A stretch of DNA of 64,000 bases from an uncultured Planctomycetota bacterium (lineage in GTDB: Bacteria > Planctomycetota > Phycisphaerae > Tepidisphaerales > Tepidisphaeraceae), in assembly GCA_963841915.1 (NCBI GenBank), contig CAWJEN010000005.1, positions 704,001 to 768,000 of the forward strand, read 5' to 3'. Made by a program: the position numbers and the translations under genes. Below the pieces are notes generated by a model. That model was not told where the DNA came from, did not search any database, and saw only the letters and a program-made list of their open reading frames with translations. This document shows, piece after piece, positions 50,098-59,209 of the stretch; within the stretch, counting starts at the first letter, position 1, and every line of letters starts with the position of its first letter.

Positions 50098-50928
50098 TCA
50101 CCGGTCCTGGCGGTTGACGAGATTCGAGTAGCCGTGTTGCTGTTCGTCGTGCTGAATAGAAGCACGCTGGGCAGAAGCGCGAGTCCAAAAAGGCCGTTCG
50201 TCTTTCGTCGACGATCCATGGCCAAGGACAGCGAGATACTGACCAACAGTGTCGGCCCAACCGTGTTCGATGGCGTCGCTCACCAGCGCGTGACCAATGC
50301 TCACCTCCGCCAGCGATGGCATCGCGGCGACGAATGCGGGCAAGTTCGCCAGATTGAGGTCGTGGCCGGCGTTGACGCCGATCTCCACATCCATTGCAGC
50401 CTCTGCCGTCCCGGAAAACCTCGGTAATGTCGTTGAATCGTTCGCGTACGACTCGGTGTACAGCTCGATTCGGTCGGTCCCACACGCTGCCATGGCAGAC
50501 GCGTCGCCGGGCACCGGGTCGACAAACACGCTGACGCGACAGCCGACATCCTTGAGCTTCGCCACAACCGGTTTGAGCCGTTCGACATCGTCGGCGACAA
50601 AGCCGTGGTCGCTCGTCGATTGATTTGGATCGTCAGGCACGAGCGTCGCTTGGTGCGGCCGAACCTTCAGCACAAGGTCAAGCCAGTCACCTTCGAACGG
50701 ATTGCCCTCGATGTTGAACTCGCGACCGTCGTACCCGGCCACAAGGTCGGCCAGTGGCTGGACATCGTCACGACGTATGTGTCGCTGATCAGGTCGCGGA
50801 TGGACGGTGATGCCGTGCGCGCCTGCTTCGAGCGCGAGGCGACTTAGCCGAACGACATCGGGCCCTTTGCCGTCTCGGCTGTTTCGGAGCAGGGCCAGCT
50901 TGTTGACGTTGACGGAGAGGCGGGGCAT
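50098..50928 (-). CDS. pdxJ: Pyridoxine 5'-phosphate synthase
   Basis: LSVNVNKLALLRN, GITVHPRPDQRHI, TSDHG, RIELYT, NAGHDL, EVSIGHAL. Confidence 0.95.
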   Translation of the reverse strand: MPRLSVNVNKLALLRNSRDGKGPDVVRLSRLALEAGAHGITVHPRPDQRHIRRDDVQPLADLVAGYDGREFNIEGNPFEGDWLDLVLKVRPHQATLVPDDPNQSTSDHGFVADDVERLKPVVAKLKDVGCRVSVFVDPVPGDASAMAACGTDRIELYTESYANDSTTLPRFSGTAEAAMDVEIGVNAGHDLNLANLPAFVAAMPSLAEVSIGHALVSDAIEHGWADTVGQYLAVLGHGSSTKDERPFWTRASAQRASIQHDEQQHGYSNLVNRQDR

Positions 50929-50970
50929 GTGTTGTCATCTTACGGGCCTGTGTTCCGTCAAGTGACCCCT

Positions 50971-50999
50971 CGAGCCGTGGTCCGTGGGACCGCGGCTCG
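50971..50999. repeat. Single REP-like palindrome of the same family as the 32.5-kb element
   Basis: CGAGCCGTGGTCC-GTG-GGACCGCGGCTCG; 21 nt identical to 32695-32715. Confidence 0.85.
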
Positions 51000-51072
51000 G
51001 GGACCAACAACAACTACCCGCACGACGCAAAACACTCTGTAATACACCGCTCCGACCTGGTACGCTGACGGG

Positions 51073-51267
51073 ATGGAAACGTTCCTCCTTGCCTGCGGTG
51101 CTGGCGGCCCGTTTGCCGGGAACGAGCACAAAGTGCTGCTGTTCCTGGTCGGCCTTTCATTTGTCGTGTCGGGCGTCGCGCTGCGACTGCTCAAGCCGAG
51201 CCCGATCGCAACTCGCGGCAAGCACGCGTTTGAGGTGTTACCGCCTCAGACCTCTTCGTCGACGTAA
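51073..51267 (+). CDS. Possible small single-TM protein
   Basis: 64 aa with one hydrophobic helix; fills the intergenic gap. Confidence 0.4.
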   Translation: METFLLACGAGGPFAGNEHKVLLFLVGLSFVVSGVALRLLKPSPIATRGKHAFEVLPPQTSSST

Positions 51268-52508
51268 GCGACGTGCCGGACGTAGCCGCGTGGTTCGAAG
51301 CTTGCACCGAGCGCGCCGATGCCGAGCCCCAATGCTGCGACGCCCGCGGCGAGGCGCAGGTACTTGTCGACACCGGTCGGTGCTTCGACGCTGGCGGCCC
51401 AGTTCTCGACGAGCGGCGTCGGGTAGCACACCCACGCCGCGATGAGCGCGCTGACGAACAACGCTGCGTATGTCACGGTCATGCCGATCAACACCGCCAG
51501 TACGACCGCCACGTTGCCGACGGAGCGTTGCTCGCTGTGCCGGGCCGGCTTACCGCGACGCGGGCGGGCGACGAGCAACCGCTGTTTGTTCACGAGGTAG
51601 GCCGTGGCAACGACAAGCGACGCGACGCTGAGGACGACCAGCCGAAGCGGTGTCTGGCTCATGCCCGCCTCCCACGCCTCTGCCGTCATGAGCAAGATCA
51701 CCAGCGTGCTCGCCGCTGCAGTGACCAGACGCCCGAGGCGCAACGGCAGAAACCACGGCTTGGCTCGCTTCAGCAACAGCCAGACATCGTCGCGATTGTC
51801 CCACGCTGCATTGACGGCAAACCGCGACCGCGCGACATACGAGGCGTAGCGGCTCAGACCTCGCGGCGGATTCCTGTCCGGCCTTTCCTCCAGTCGCGGG
51901 TCGGCCACGTCGGCCAATTCCCGTTGCAACCGCTCGACCGTGACCGGGCCGAACGCTGTCATACGTGCGAGGTCGCCGACATCGTGCGGAGCGTGCAGGA
52001 AGTCGGTGGCGTCGTCGACATGGCCGAGGCCGACGAGGTGGCCCAGCAGGTGACAGACAAGCGCACGCACATGGTCGCCGCTCTGGGCAAGTAGGGTGCG
52101 GCGGTCTTCGGATTCGTCGTCCCAAGACTCGGGCAGGAGTCTGCCGATGGCCGCAGCGGCACACCCGATGATGGCCGACGGTGCGCCCATCGGGTGCGGC
52201 CTCTCGTAGCCACTCATCTCACCTGCCCAGATTGCAAAAGCAAAGTCGAGCCGTCTGCCCTCGCGTTCGACCAGCGCCGCATCGAGCAGCGTCACGGGTT
52301 CGGGCGTCGCCTCACCCGTAACGGCAGGCACTTCAATCAGCGGTGCGTGCCAGCTGAACTGCGGAAACTGCGAGCGAACCTGTCGAAGAAACGCCGCCCG
52401 GCCCAGCCGTGCCACACGCGCCGCCTCTGCCGAGTAGTCACCGACCAGCACCCAACCAACCTCGAGTTCCGCGGGTGCTGAGGCAGGTTGTTCGGTCGGA
52501 TCCGGCAA
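51246..52508 (-). CDS. Membrane protein with an N-terminal metzincin-like domain lacking the catalytic Glu
   Basis: HLLGHLVGLGH; four C-terminal TM helices. Confidence 0.7.
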   Translation of the reverse strand: MPDPTEQPASAPAELEVGWVLVGDYSAEAARVARLGRAAFLRQVRSQFPQFSWHAPLIEVPAVTGEATPEPVTLLDAALVEREGRRLDFAFAIWAGEMSGYERPHPMGAPSAIIGCAAAAIGRLLPESWDDESEDRRTLLAQSGDHVRALVCHLLGHLVGLGHVDDATDFLHAPHDVGDLARMTAFGPVTVERLQRELADVADPRLEERPDRNPPRGLSRYASYVARSRFAVNAAWDNRDDVWLLLKRAKPWFLPLRLGRLVTAAASTLVILLMTAEAWEAGMSQTPLRLVVLSVASLVVATAYLVNKQRLLVARPRRGKPARHSEQRSVGNVAVVLAVLIGMTVTYAALFVSALIAAWVCYPTPLVENWAASVEAPTGVDKYLRLAAGVAALGLGIGALGASFEPRGYVRHVAYVDEEV

Positions 52509-52592
52509 GGGTTGAGCCTACTCACGTGACCTGCGGCTCGTGCATCAGAGCAATGCGCGCGTCAGCATAGCGACGGGAACTAGGGTGCGATC

Positions 52593-53615
52593 ATGCCGAT
52601 CCCGACTGAAGCTCTTGGTAACCGAAACGGCTGGATCAGTGCCAGCATCATCGGCATCATCGTGCTCGTGCTCGTCTTCCGTATCGTCGCAGAAGGCGGC
52701 GCTACTGCACCGACTGCCATTGGTAATGATTCGACACGCTGGGACGCTTTCGAGCTTCCGCCCGAAGTCACAGCGGTCGCGACGACCGGTGACGGCGACG
52801 CGTACCGGCGGCTCATTGATACGCTTCTGCGTGATTCGGAGGTGCGGCGAGAACTCACCACGTTCGTCGACCGTCGCTCCGGTCAGGATGTGGCCGATGA
52901 CCTTCGCCTCGTGGATCAGCTCATCACGGCCAATCGCAGAGGCAACGCGAACATCTTTGCGCAGTCGCCGCTGCAACTCATTAATCACGAGCGGACGTTG
53001 CCGGAGATGGAAGCGATTCAAGTCGTCGGCAAGGCCGCCAATGCGCAGGCGTCCGCGTTGGCAGGCCGTGCCGTCCGAGCGGGCGGCGGTGAAGAGGACC
53101 TGGAGCGGGCACGCCGTCTGCACGAGGCGTCGCTGACGCTGGGCCTGACGCTCGCTCAGGAACGGCTGGTTTTCCGCGAGTTTCAGGTCGGCTACACGCT
53201 CATGGGCGATGCATTGTCCGGACTGACGGCCATTGCACGGGTCACAGGCGACGAAGCCGAAGCGAAAAAGTATGCCGCCGCTGCGGGTGCTTTGTCGAAG
53301 TTCATTCGCGACGAGGTCACGCCCGTGACCGTCGTCTTTGCCCCCGACACCACGCTGGAGACGGATACGCGAGCCCGGACACACGCCGGTGACGTTGCCG
53401 CCATCGCACGCGAGGAGACGGCAGATCCGATGTGGCGCACGACGGCTGTGCTGCGGCTGGGGCCGATGCGGTTCACCGCGCCGAATCGTGCCGACCGCAG
53501 GCGGGCCGAGCGGGTCGTGAAGGATCTGGCAGACGCCGCAGACGCCGCGTGGGTCCAGCAGGCGGCACGGGCGTCGCTCGACCTCGAAGCCGCCGAAGCG
53601 GCTCGAGCGCGGTGA
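52593..53615 (+). CDS. Membrane-anchored alpha-helical hypothetical protein
   Basis: N-terminal TM helix; long ORF with coding-like composition. Confidence 0.65.
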   Translation: MPIPTEALGNRNGWISASIIGIIVLVLVFRIVAEGGATAPTAIGNDSTRWDAFELPPEVTAVATTGDGDAYRRLIDTLLRDSEVRRELTTFVDRRSGQDVADDLRLVDQLITANRRGNANIFAQSPLQLINHERTLPEMEAIQVVGKAANAQASALAGRAVRAGGGEEDLERARRLHEASLTLGLTLAQERLVFREFQVGYTLMGDALSGLTAIARVTGDEAEAKKYAAAAGALSKFIRDEVTPVTVVFAPDTTLETDTRARTHAGDVAAIAREETADPMWRTTAVLRLGPMRFTAPNRADRRRAERVVKDLADAADAAWVQQAARASLDLEAAEAARAR

Positions 53616-53650
53616 CGATGCGCCTGCACGGCTCGGGGACACTGAACGAG

Positions 53651-54037
53651 TTAGAAGCACTCGCGGCCGTCGTCGTCGTACCAGCGGCCGCGTTTGAGCG
53701 CCAGCTTCCGCACGCCGCACCCGCGACACGCGGCCAGCACCTGAGCCTCCAACCCCGCCAGCATGAGCTGTCGCAGCTGGAACAGATGCGGCGCGCTGTC
53801 GACCACAATGGTCAATCGGCCACGCACCAGCGACTCGACGCACGTCCGCGCCTGAAGCGACTCGGGCACCGTGTTGGCCCACGCCTCTGCGGCCCGGCCG
53901 ACCTGGGTCTGCCGCTTCTCGACTTGGCCGTGGAACAGCGCCGCCACCGACTCGCCCAAGGCTGAGCCGACCGTGTGACTGCGACGCTTGGCGGCGTCGA
54001 GTCGGCGAAGGAGGCTTTCGTCTTGGTCGCTCGACAT
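53651..54037 (-). CDS. dciA: DciA (DUF721) replicative helicase loader-like protein
   Basis: AWANTVPESLQARTCVESLVRGRLTIVVDSAPHLFQL; directly downstream of dnaN. Confidence 0.8.
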   Translation of the reverse strand: MSSDQDESLLRRLDAAKRRSHTVGSALGESVAALFHGQVEKRQTQVGRAAEAWANTVPESLQARTCVESLVRGRLTIVVDSAPHLFQLRQLMLAGLEAQVLAACRGCGVRKLALKRGRWYDDDGRECF

Positions 54038-54049
54038 GACGCGAAGGCT

Positions 54050-55162
54050 CTACTGCAGGTTCACAGGCATCACGACGTACTGGAAGTCGTCACCGCCTTT
54101 AAGCAAGCCCGGACGGTTCGTGCCGCTGAGCTCGAGGCGAATCTCGTCAGAATGAACCGCCTTGAGGCCCTCGACGAGGTACTGCGGGTTGAAGCCGATT
54201 TCCAGCGGCTCGCCTTCGTACTTGCAGGCGAAGTTGACTTCCGCGTCGCCGGCCTCTGGGCTGCGGCTGGTGAGCTTCAAGCCGTCGGCGCTGAAGTGCA
54301 GGCGAACACCCTTGGACTCTTCGGTCGTTAACAAGCTCGCCCGGCGGACCGCACTCATGAAGTCGCCACACGCAGCCGTCATGGCCTTGTCGTTGTCCTT
54401 AGGGATAACATCATCGAACGGCGGGAATTGGCCTTCGACAAGGTTCGTCGTCAGCGTCGCGCTGGCGGTAGAGACGATGACCTGGTTCGGCCGCAGTTGG
54501 ATCTTGACGAGTTCCTCGGGATCCCCGACGAGCTTCTCAACGAGGCCGAGGGCTTTAGTTGGGATGATGGCGCGGGGTGCCTTCTTGGGATCTTCGATCG
54601 TCATGTGGACGGTCGCATCGCCGACAGCTTGGGCGAGTCGACGCCCGTCGGTGGAGACCATCATGAGTCGGCCGTCGCGCACTGTGGTGAGCACGCCGTT
54701 GAAGGCATATCGGGTGCCTTCGCGCGCCGCGGCGAAGATCGTGCGGCCTATGAGACCCTTGAGCATCGCACCCGGCACTTCGACATCGGCCTCACCCTCG
54801 AAGGCGGCCACCGGTGGGAAGTCGGCGACGGCCTGCGTGTAGACGGTGAAACGAGAGTCTCCACCCTTGATGATGGCTTGCTCGCCCTTGAGCTCGATCG
54901 ACAGCGTGTCGTCGACGCTCTCGCGGACGATGTCACGCAGCTTGTCGGCGGGCAGCAGGGCCTCGCCCTCCTGCTCGACCTGCACCTGGGCATCGGTGTA
55001 GCGGACGGCAATTTCCATATCCGTCGCCGCCAGCACGAGCGTGTCGTCTTTGGCGACAAGCTTGACGCAAGAGAGAACGGGTTTGGGCGAGCGGGCGGGC
55101 ACGGCTTGGCCGACGACTCCGAGAGCTTCGACGAGCGCGCCGCGATTGCAGATGACCTTCAT
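54050..55162 (-). CDS. dnaN: DNA polymerase III beta sliding clamp
   Basis: PKPVLSCV, ATDME, STDGRRLA, IIPTK, LVEGQFPPF, IGFNPQYL, YVVMPV. Confidence 0.97.
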   Translation of the reverse strand: MKVICNRGALVEALGVVGQAVPARSPKPVLSCVKLVAKDDTLVLAATDMEIAVRYTDAQVQVEQEGEALLPADKLRDIVRESVDDTLSIELKGEQAIIKGGDSRFTVYTQAVADFPPVAAFEGEADVEVPGAMLKGLIGRTIFAAAREGTRYAFNGVLTTVRDGRLMMVSTDGRRLAQAVGDATVHMTIEDPKKAPRAIIPTKALGLVEKLVGDPEELVKIQLRPNQVIVSTASATLTTNLVEGQFPPFDDVIPKDNDKAMTAACGDFMSAVRRASLLTTEESKGVRLHFSADGLKLTSRSPEAGDAEVNFACKYEGEPLEIGFNPQYLVEGLKAVHSDEIRLELSGTNRPGLLKGGDDFQYVVMPVNLQ

Positions 55163-55796
55163 GGCAGATTCTAAGAAACGTTGGTGTCGTGGTTCAGTGC
55201 GGGTCGGCCCACAGCCGATGGTGTCCGCAGGCAGGTGCGTCGAGCCACTATACGGGAAGTTCTCCGCCCGTGCCGACCGACCCGCCGGTCGACCGGGGCC
55301 AATAACCTGGCGACGGTGCATGGCTCGGCGTTGGGATCTGAGGGCGGCTTCTCTGGAACCCTTAAGAACCGTCTTACCCCGATGATGGTGCTGGCGCGCT
55401 GTGTGGACGGCCCGGCGGATACACGCTGTAAGGCGTGCAGCTCTTATGACTTGAGTGGCTTTAAGTGGCTCTTTGTGGCAGTGGATTCGCTGTCGTGACG
55501 AGGCGCGCCACCTGGCGCGCCGCGGTCGATGGCGCGCCATGGGCATCGTTCGAGGGCCTCTCTGTAGCGTCGCGCCGTCGCCGACCGGGGACAAGCCACA
55601 GCCGGCGCGACAGTGGCGCGCCACCTGTTCCACGGCTCCCACACACGCGCTGGCGCGCCAAACGGAAAATCCTGACAATCTGCGAGTTGTCAGCTTCTCC
55701 ACGGTTCCGGTCAGTTACCAAAGCAACAACCCCGAGCTGCGGTCCGGGGGACCTTGGCTCGGGGCGGATGGCGTGCTGGAATCGTAGGATGTCGAT
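55163..55796. other. Candidate chromosomal replication origin (oriC)
   Basis: Long non-coding gap upstream of dnaN; degenerate DnaA boxes, DnaA-trio-like run, AT-richer patches, five GGCGCGCC; parS sites about 18-20 kb away. Confidence 0.55.
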
Positions 55797-56180
55797 GTGC
55801 TTGTTCTTGCCCGCTACCTCTGGGCGGCCCCGACGACAGCCATCGGACTCATGGTCGCCGTCATGACCCTCGTCACTGGCGGGCGCGTGCGGCACCACAG
55901 CGGCGTCGTCGAAGTCGAAGGCGGCGCTGCAACGTGGTTGCTGCAAGGCGTCAATGCCGTCGCGATGACGCTGGGCCACGTCGTCTTGGCGGTCGACGTC
56001 CGCGCGCACGACCGGTCGCGGGAGCACGAACGGGTCCACGTGCGGCAGGTCGAACGGTGGGGTCCGCTGTTCCTGCCGGCCTACGGGATCGCCACCGTCA
56101 TCGCGTGGTGGCGCGGCGGGCACTACTACTACGACAACCGCTTTGAACGCGAGGCCTACGGGCATCACCACTACCACTGA
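55797..56180 (+). CDS. Small HExxH-motif protein
   Basis: AMTLGHVVL...HERVHVRQVERWGPLFLPAY...YYDNRFEREA. Confidence 0.8.
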   Translation: MLVLARYLWAAPTTAIGLMVAVMTLVTGGRVRHHSGVVEVEGGAATWLLQGVNAVAMTLGHVVLAVDVRAHDRSREHERVHVRQVERWGPLFLPAYGIATVIAWWRGGHYYYDNRFEREAYGHHHYH

Positions 56181-56199
56181 GGCGGCACTACCTTCTGAC

Positions 56200-58635
56200 G
56201 TGGTTCCCCTGCCGATCGATGAGCACTTGCCGGCGGTGACGGAAGCGTTGGCGGACGGGCGGGATGTGGTGTTGGTGGCTGAGCCCGGCGCCGGTAAGAC
56301 GACGCGGCTGCCACCGGCCGTGTTGCGGGCGGGGCTGCTCGATACCGGTAACCTCGTCATGCTCCAGCCGCGGCGGGTGGCGGCTCGGCTGGCGGCTGAC
56401 CGCATCGCACGCGAGAACGACTGGCAGCTCGGTCGCGAGGTCGGTTATCAGGTTCGATTCGAGCGTGTGCTCCAGGACGACACGCCACTGCGCGTCGTCA
56501 CAGAAGGTGTGCTGGCCCGACGGATCGTCGATGACCCGGCCCTCGAAGGCGTGAGCTGTGTCGTGCTGGACGAATTTCACGAGCGCAGCCTCGATGCCGA
56601 TCTGTGTCTGGCGATGCTGGCTGAGGCGCGGGCGCTGCGAGACGACCTGAGGATTGTTGTCATGAGCGCGACGCTCGACGCGGGGCAATTGGCTCGCTTC
56701 TTGGGCGACGGCGCGGCGACGTTCAGCGTGCTGGGGCGGGCGTATCCGGTCGACGTCACCTACGCCGGAGACGATCCGACGCGGCCGATCGAGGTGCGAG
56801 TGGCGCGGGTGCTGCGGGATCGGCTGGAGTCGGCGACGGGCGATGTGCTCGTTTTTTTACCCGGTGTGCGTGAGATCGAGGCGACACTGGACGAGATCGG
56901 GCCGATGTGCGGGCGCGCGGGATATGACGTGCTGCCGTTGCACGGATCGCTGACCAAGGGCGAGCAGGACGAGGCCGTTCGCGGTGACGCCGATCGGCCG
57001 CGGGTGATTTGCGCGACCAACATTGCCGAGACATCGATCACGCTGCCGCGGGTGAAGGTTGTGATCGACAGCGGCTTGGTGCGGCGGGCCGGCCACGATG
57101 CGCAGCGCGGCGTCGACACGCTCGACACGGTCCGCATCAGCCGTGCGTCTGCAGAGCAACGTGCCGGACGGGCGGGACGCGTGGCGGCGGGTGCGTGCAT
57201 TCGGCTCTGGTCGGCTATGACGCACAAGACGCTGCGCGCCTACGACGAGCCGGAGGTGCGGCGAAGCGACGTCTCCCGCGCGTCGCTGAGCGTGCTGGCT
57301 TGGGGCGGTGACCCGCAGACCTTTGCCTGGTTCGAGCGACCCGACGACGCGCGACTCGCGGCGGCGACGAAGCTGCTGGCGTGGCTGAAACTCGCCGACA
57401 ACGGCAGGATCTTGCCGCTGGGACGCGAGGTGCAGCGCTTGCCCCTTCCGGCGCGGGCGGCGACGCTGATCGCGCTGGCGCCGGACCACCTGCGGCGCGA
57501 TGCCATTACGCTGGCAGCGTTGCTGGGCGAAGGGGCCGACGTGCCGGGCAGGCGGACGGCGACAGTCCACGATCTTCTGGTGGCGTATGAAGGACGCAAG
57601 CTCGACGCCACCGTCGACCGAGGGGCGCGACGGGTGATCGAGTCGTTGTCGAGGCTGAGGCCACGCACGCCCGCAGCCGACGTCGAATCGATCGAGAGTC
57701 TGTTACTGCTCGCTTTTGCCGACCGTGTGTGCCGTCGGCGGTCGGCCGACAGTGCGACAATGGTCGACGGTGGCGGCATTCGCCTCGCCGACCCGTCGGC
57801 GGTGCGCGGCGACTGGTTCCTGGCCCTCGACGCCCGCCGCGGCGGATTTGCCAAGGCTCAGCAGGCCGACGTGCGACTCGTTGCCGAGGTCGAAGAAGAT
57901 TGGCTCGATGCGACGAGCGAAGTCACGGCAGAATGGACCGGCGATCGCGTCGTGGGCATTCGTCGCAAGCGGTACGGCGACCTTGTCATGGACGAACAAC
58001 GCGGCGCGCCCGTGCCCCGCGATGTTGCGGCTGCAGCAATGAAAGAAGCGCTCCTGCCACAAGCCGAGGCTGTGTTGGCCAAGGCAACGGGTGACGATCT
58101 GGCCGGGCGCGTCGCGTTTCTTCGGGCGAACCTGCCCGGCCACCTCATGCCTGATGGCGATGCGCCGGGCCCGATGGCTCTCGTGGCAGATGCTTGTGAG
58201 GCATCAACCAAGCCGACGCTGGCGGGCGTGGCAGAGGCGATTCGGGCGAGCATCGACGGCTGGTTGTGGTCGAGCGGCTGGCGGCGGTTGCTCGACGAGC
58301 ACGCACCGACGCATGTCGAGGTGCCGACCGGCAGCCGTATCAGGCTCGACTGGTCAGAGCCGGTGCCAAGCCTGTCGGTCAGGCTGCAAGAGCTGTTCGG
58401 CTTGAAGGCCACGCCGCGCCTGGCGGGTGGTCGGGTAGCGGTCATGTTGCACCTGCTGGCGCCGAACATGAGGCCGCAGCAGACGACGGACGATTTGGCC
58501 AGTTTCTGGGCCAACACGTATCCGCAGGTCCGTAAAGATTTACGGGCCAGGTATCCGAAGCACTCGTGGCCGGATGACCCGCTCGCTGCCCCGCCGGTGC
58601 GTGGAACGGGTCGGCGTCGTCGCGCGGAGGGCTGA
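56200..58635 (+). CDS. hrpB: ATP-dependent helicase HrpB
   Basis: AEPGAGKTT, QPRRVAAR, DEFHER, MSAT, ATNIAETSIT, QRAGRAGR, C-terminal RYPKHSWPDDP. Confidence 0.95.
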   Translation: MVPLPIDEHLPAVTEALADGRDVVLVAEPGAGKTTRLPPAVLRAGLLDTGNLVMLQPRRVAARLAADRIARENDWQLGREVGYQVRFERVLQDDTPLRVVTEGVLARRIVDDPALEGVSCVVLDEFHERSLDADLCLAMLAEARALRDDLRIVVMSATLDAGQLARFLGDGAATFSVLGRAYPVDVTYAGDDPTRPIEVRVARVLRDRLESATGDVLVFLPGVREIEATLDEIGPMCGRAGYDVLPLHGSLTKGEQDEAVRGDADRPRVICATNIAETSITLPRVKVVIDSGLVRRAGHDAQRGVDTLDTVRISRASAEQRAGRAGRVAAGACIRLWSAMTHKTLRAYDEPEVRRSDVSRASLSVLAWGGDPQTFAWFERPDDARLAAATKLLAWLKLADNGRILPLGREVQRLPLPARAATLIALAPDHLRRDAITLAALLGEGADVPGRRTATVHDLLVAYEGRKLDATVDRGARRVIESLSRLRPRTPAADVESIESLLLLAFADRVCRRRSADSATMVDGGGIRLADPSAVRGDWFLALDARRGGFAKAQQADVRLVAEVEEDWLDATSEVTAEWTGDRVVGIRRKRYGDLVMDEQRGAPVPRDVAAAAMKEALLPQAEAVLAKATGDDLAGRVAFLRANLPGHLMPDGDAPGPMALVADACEASTKPTLAGVAEAIRASIDGWLWSSGWRRLLDEHAPTHVEVPTGSRIRLDWSEPVPSLSVRLQELFGLKATPRLAGGRVAVMLHLLAPNMRPQQTTDDLASFWANTYPQVRKDLRARYPKHSWPDDPLAAPPVRGTGRRRRAEG

Positions 58636-58767
58636 GAACCTTCTCCACGACGGATTCACGGCTTGACCGGTCTCGGCCGGGCCGTTCTAATCCGCGCGCA
58701 CGGGTTACCGCTGCCGGTGACCGCTCGCCGCGTTCCTCGCCCTTGGAGATAGCCGTGACCGATTTCA

Positions 58768-59117
58768 TGACCGAGCCGATGAACCTGACGGAACTCAAGC
58801 CGATGCATGATGCCGCCCCCGCCGAGCTGGCAGAGCGTCCGGTCGACTTCGTGCTGCCGTGCGACATCCTGACGACGATGGTTCCGGGCGTTTTGGTCGG
58901 TGGCGTGTTGTTCCTCGAGACCGAGTCGCCGCTCGACTCCCTGGAGGTGGAGGCGTCGTTTGATCCTGACTTTGATGATGAAGACGAGGACGACGAAGAC
59001 GAAGACGAAGATGACGAGGCCTTGGACGACGAAGAAGAGGAAGACGAGTTCGACGACGATGATGAGGACGACGAAGACGACTTCGATGAGTTCGACGACG
59101 AAGATGACGACGACTGA
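58768..59117 (+). CDS. Small protein with a very long D/E tail (start uncertain; frame of ORF 58743..59117)
   Basis: About 50 C-terminal residues almost all D/E; GGAG upstream. Confidence 0.6.
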
Positions 59118-59163
59118 TCAAGCGACGCGCGACCGTTGATTGGGTGGCCCGACCAGGGGATGG

Positions 59164-59209
59164 TCGGGCCGCTGTTACGCTCGGGCTCGGGCCGCTCTTA
59201 CGCTCGGGC
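59164..59209. repeat. 23-bp tandem duplication overlapping a stop codon
   Basis: TCGGGCCGCT(G/C)TTACGCTCGGGC x2. Confidence 0.8.

Noticed and set aside
50098..50225. ~40-aa C-terminal extension of PdxJ as a new domain
   Set aside because: No recognisable motif; may be a lost stop codon or an indel
55163..55702. 180-aa N-terminal extension of DnaN in the ORF track
   Set aside because: Clamp homology starts at MKVICNR (55162); the upstream part is low-complexity and better explained as non-coding
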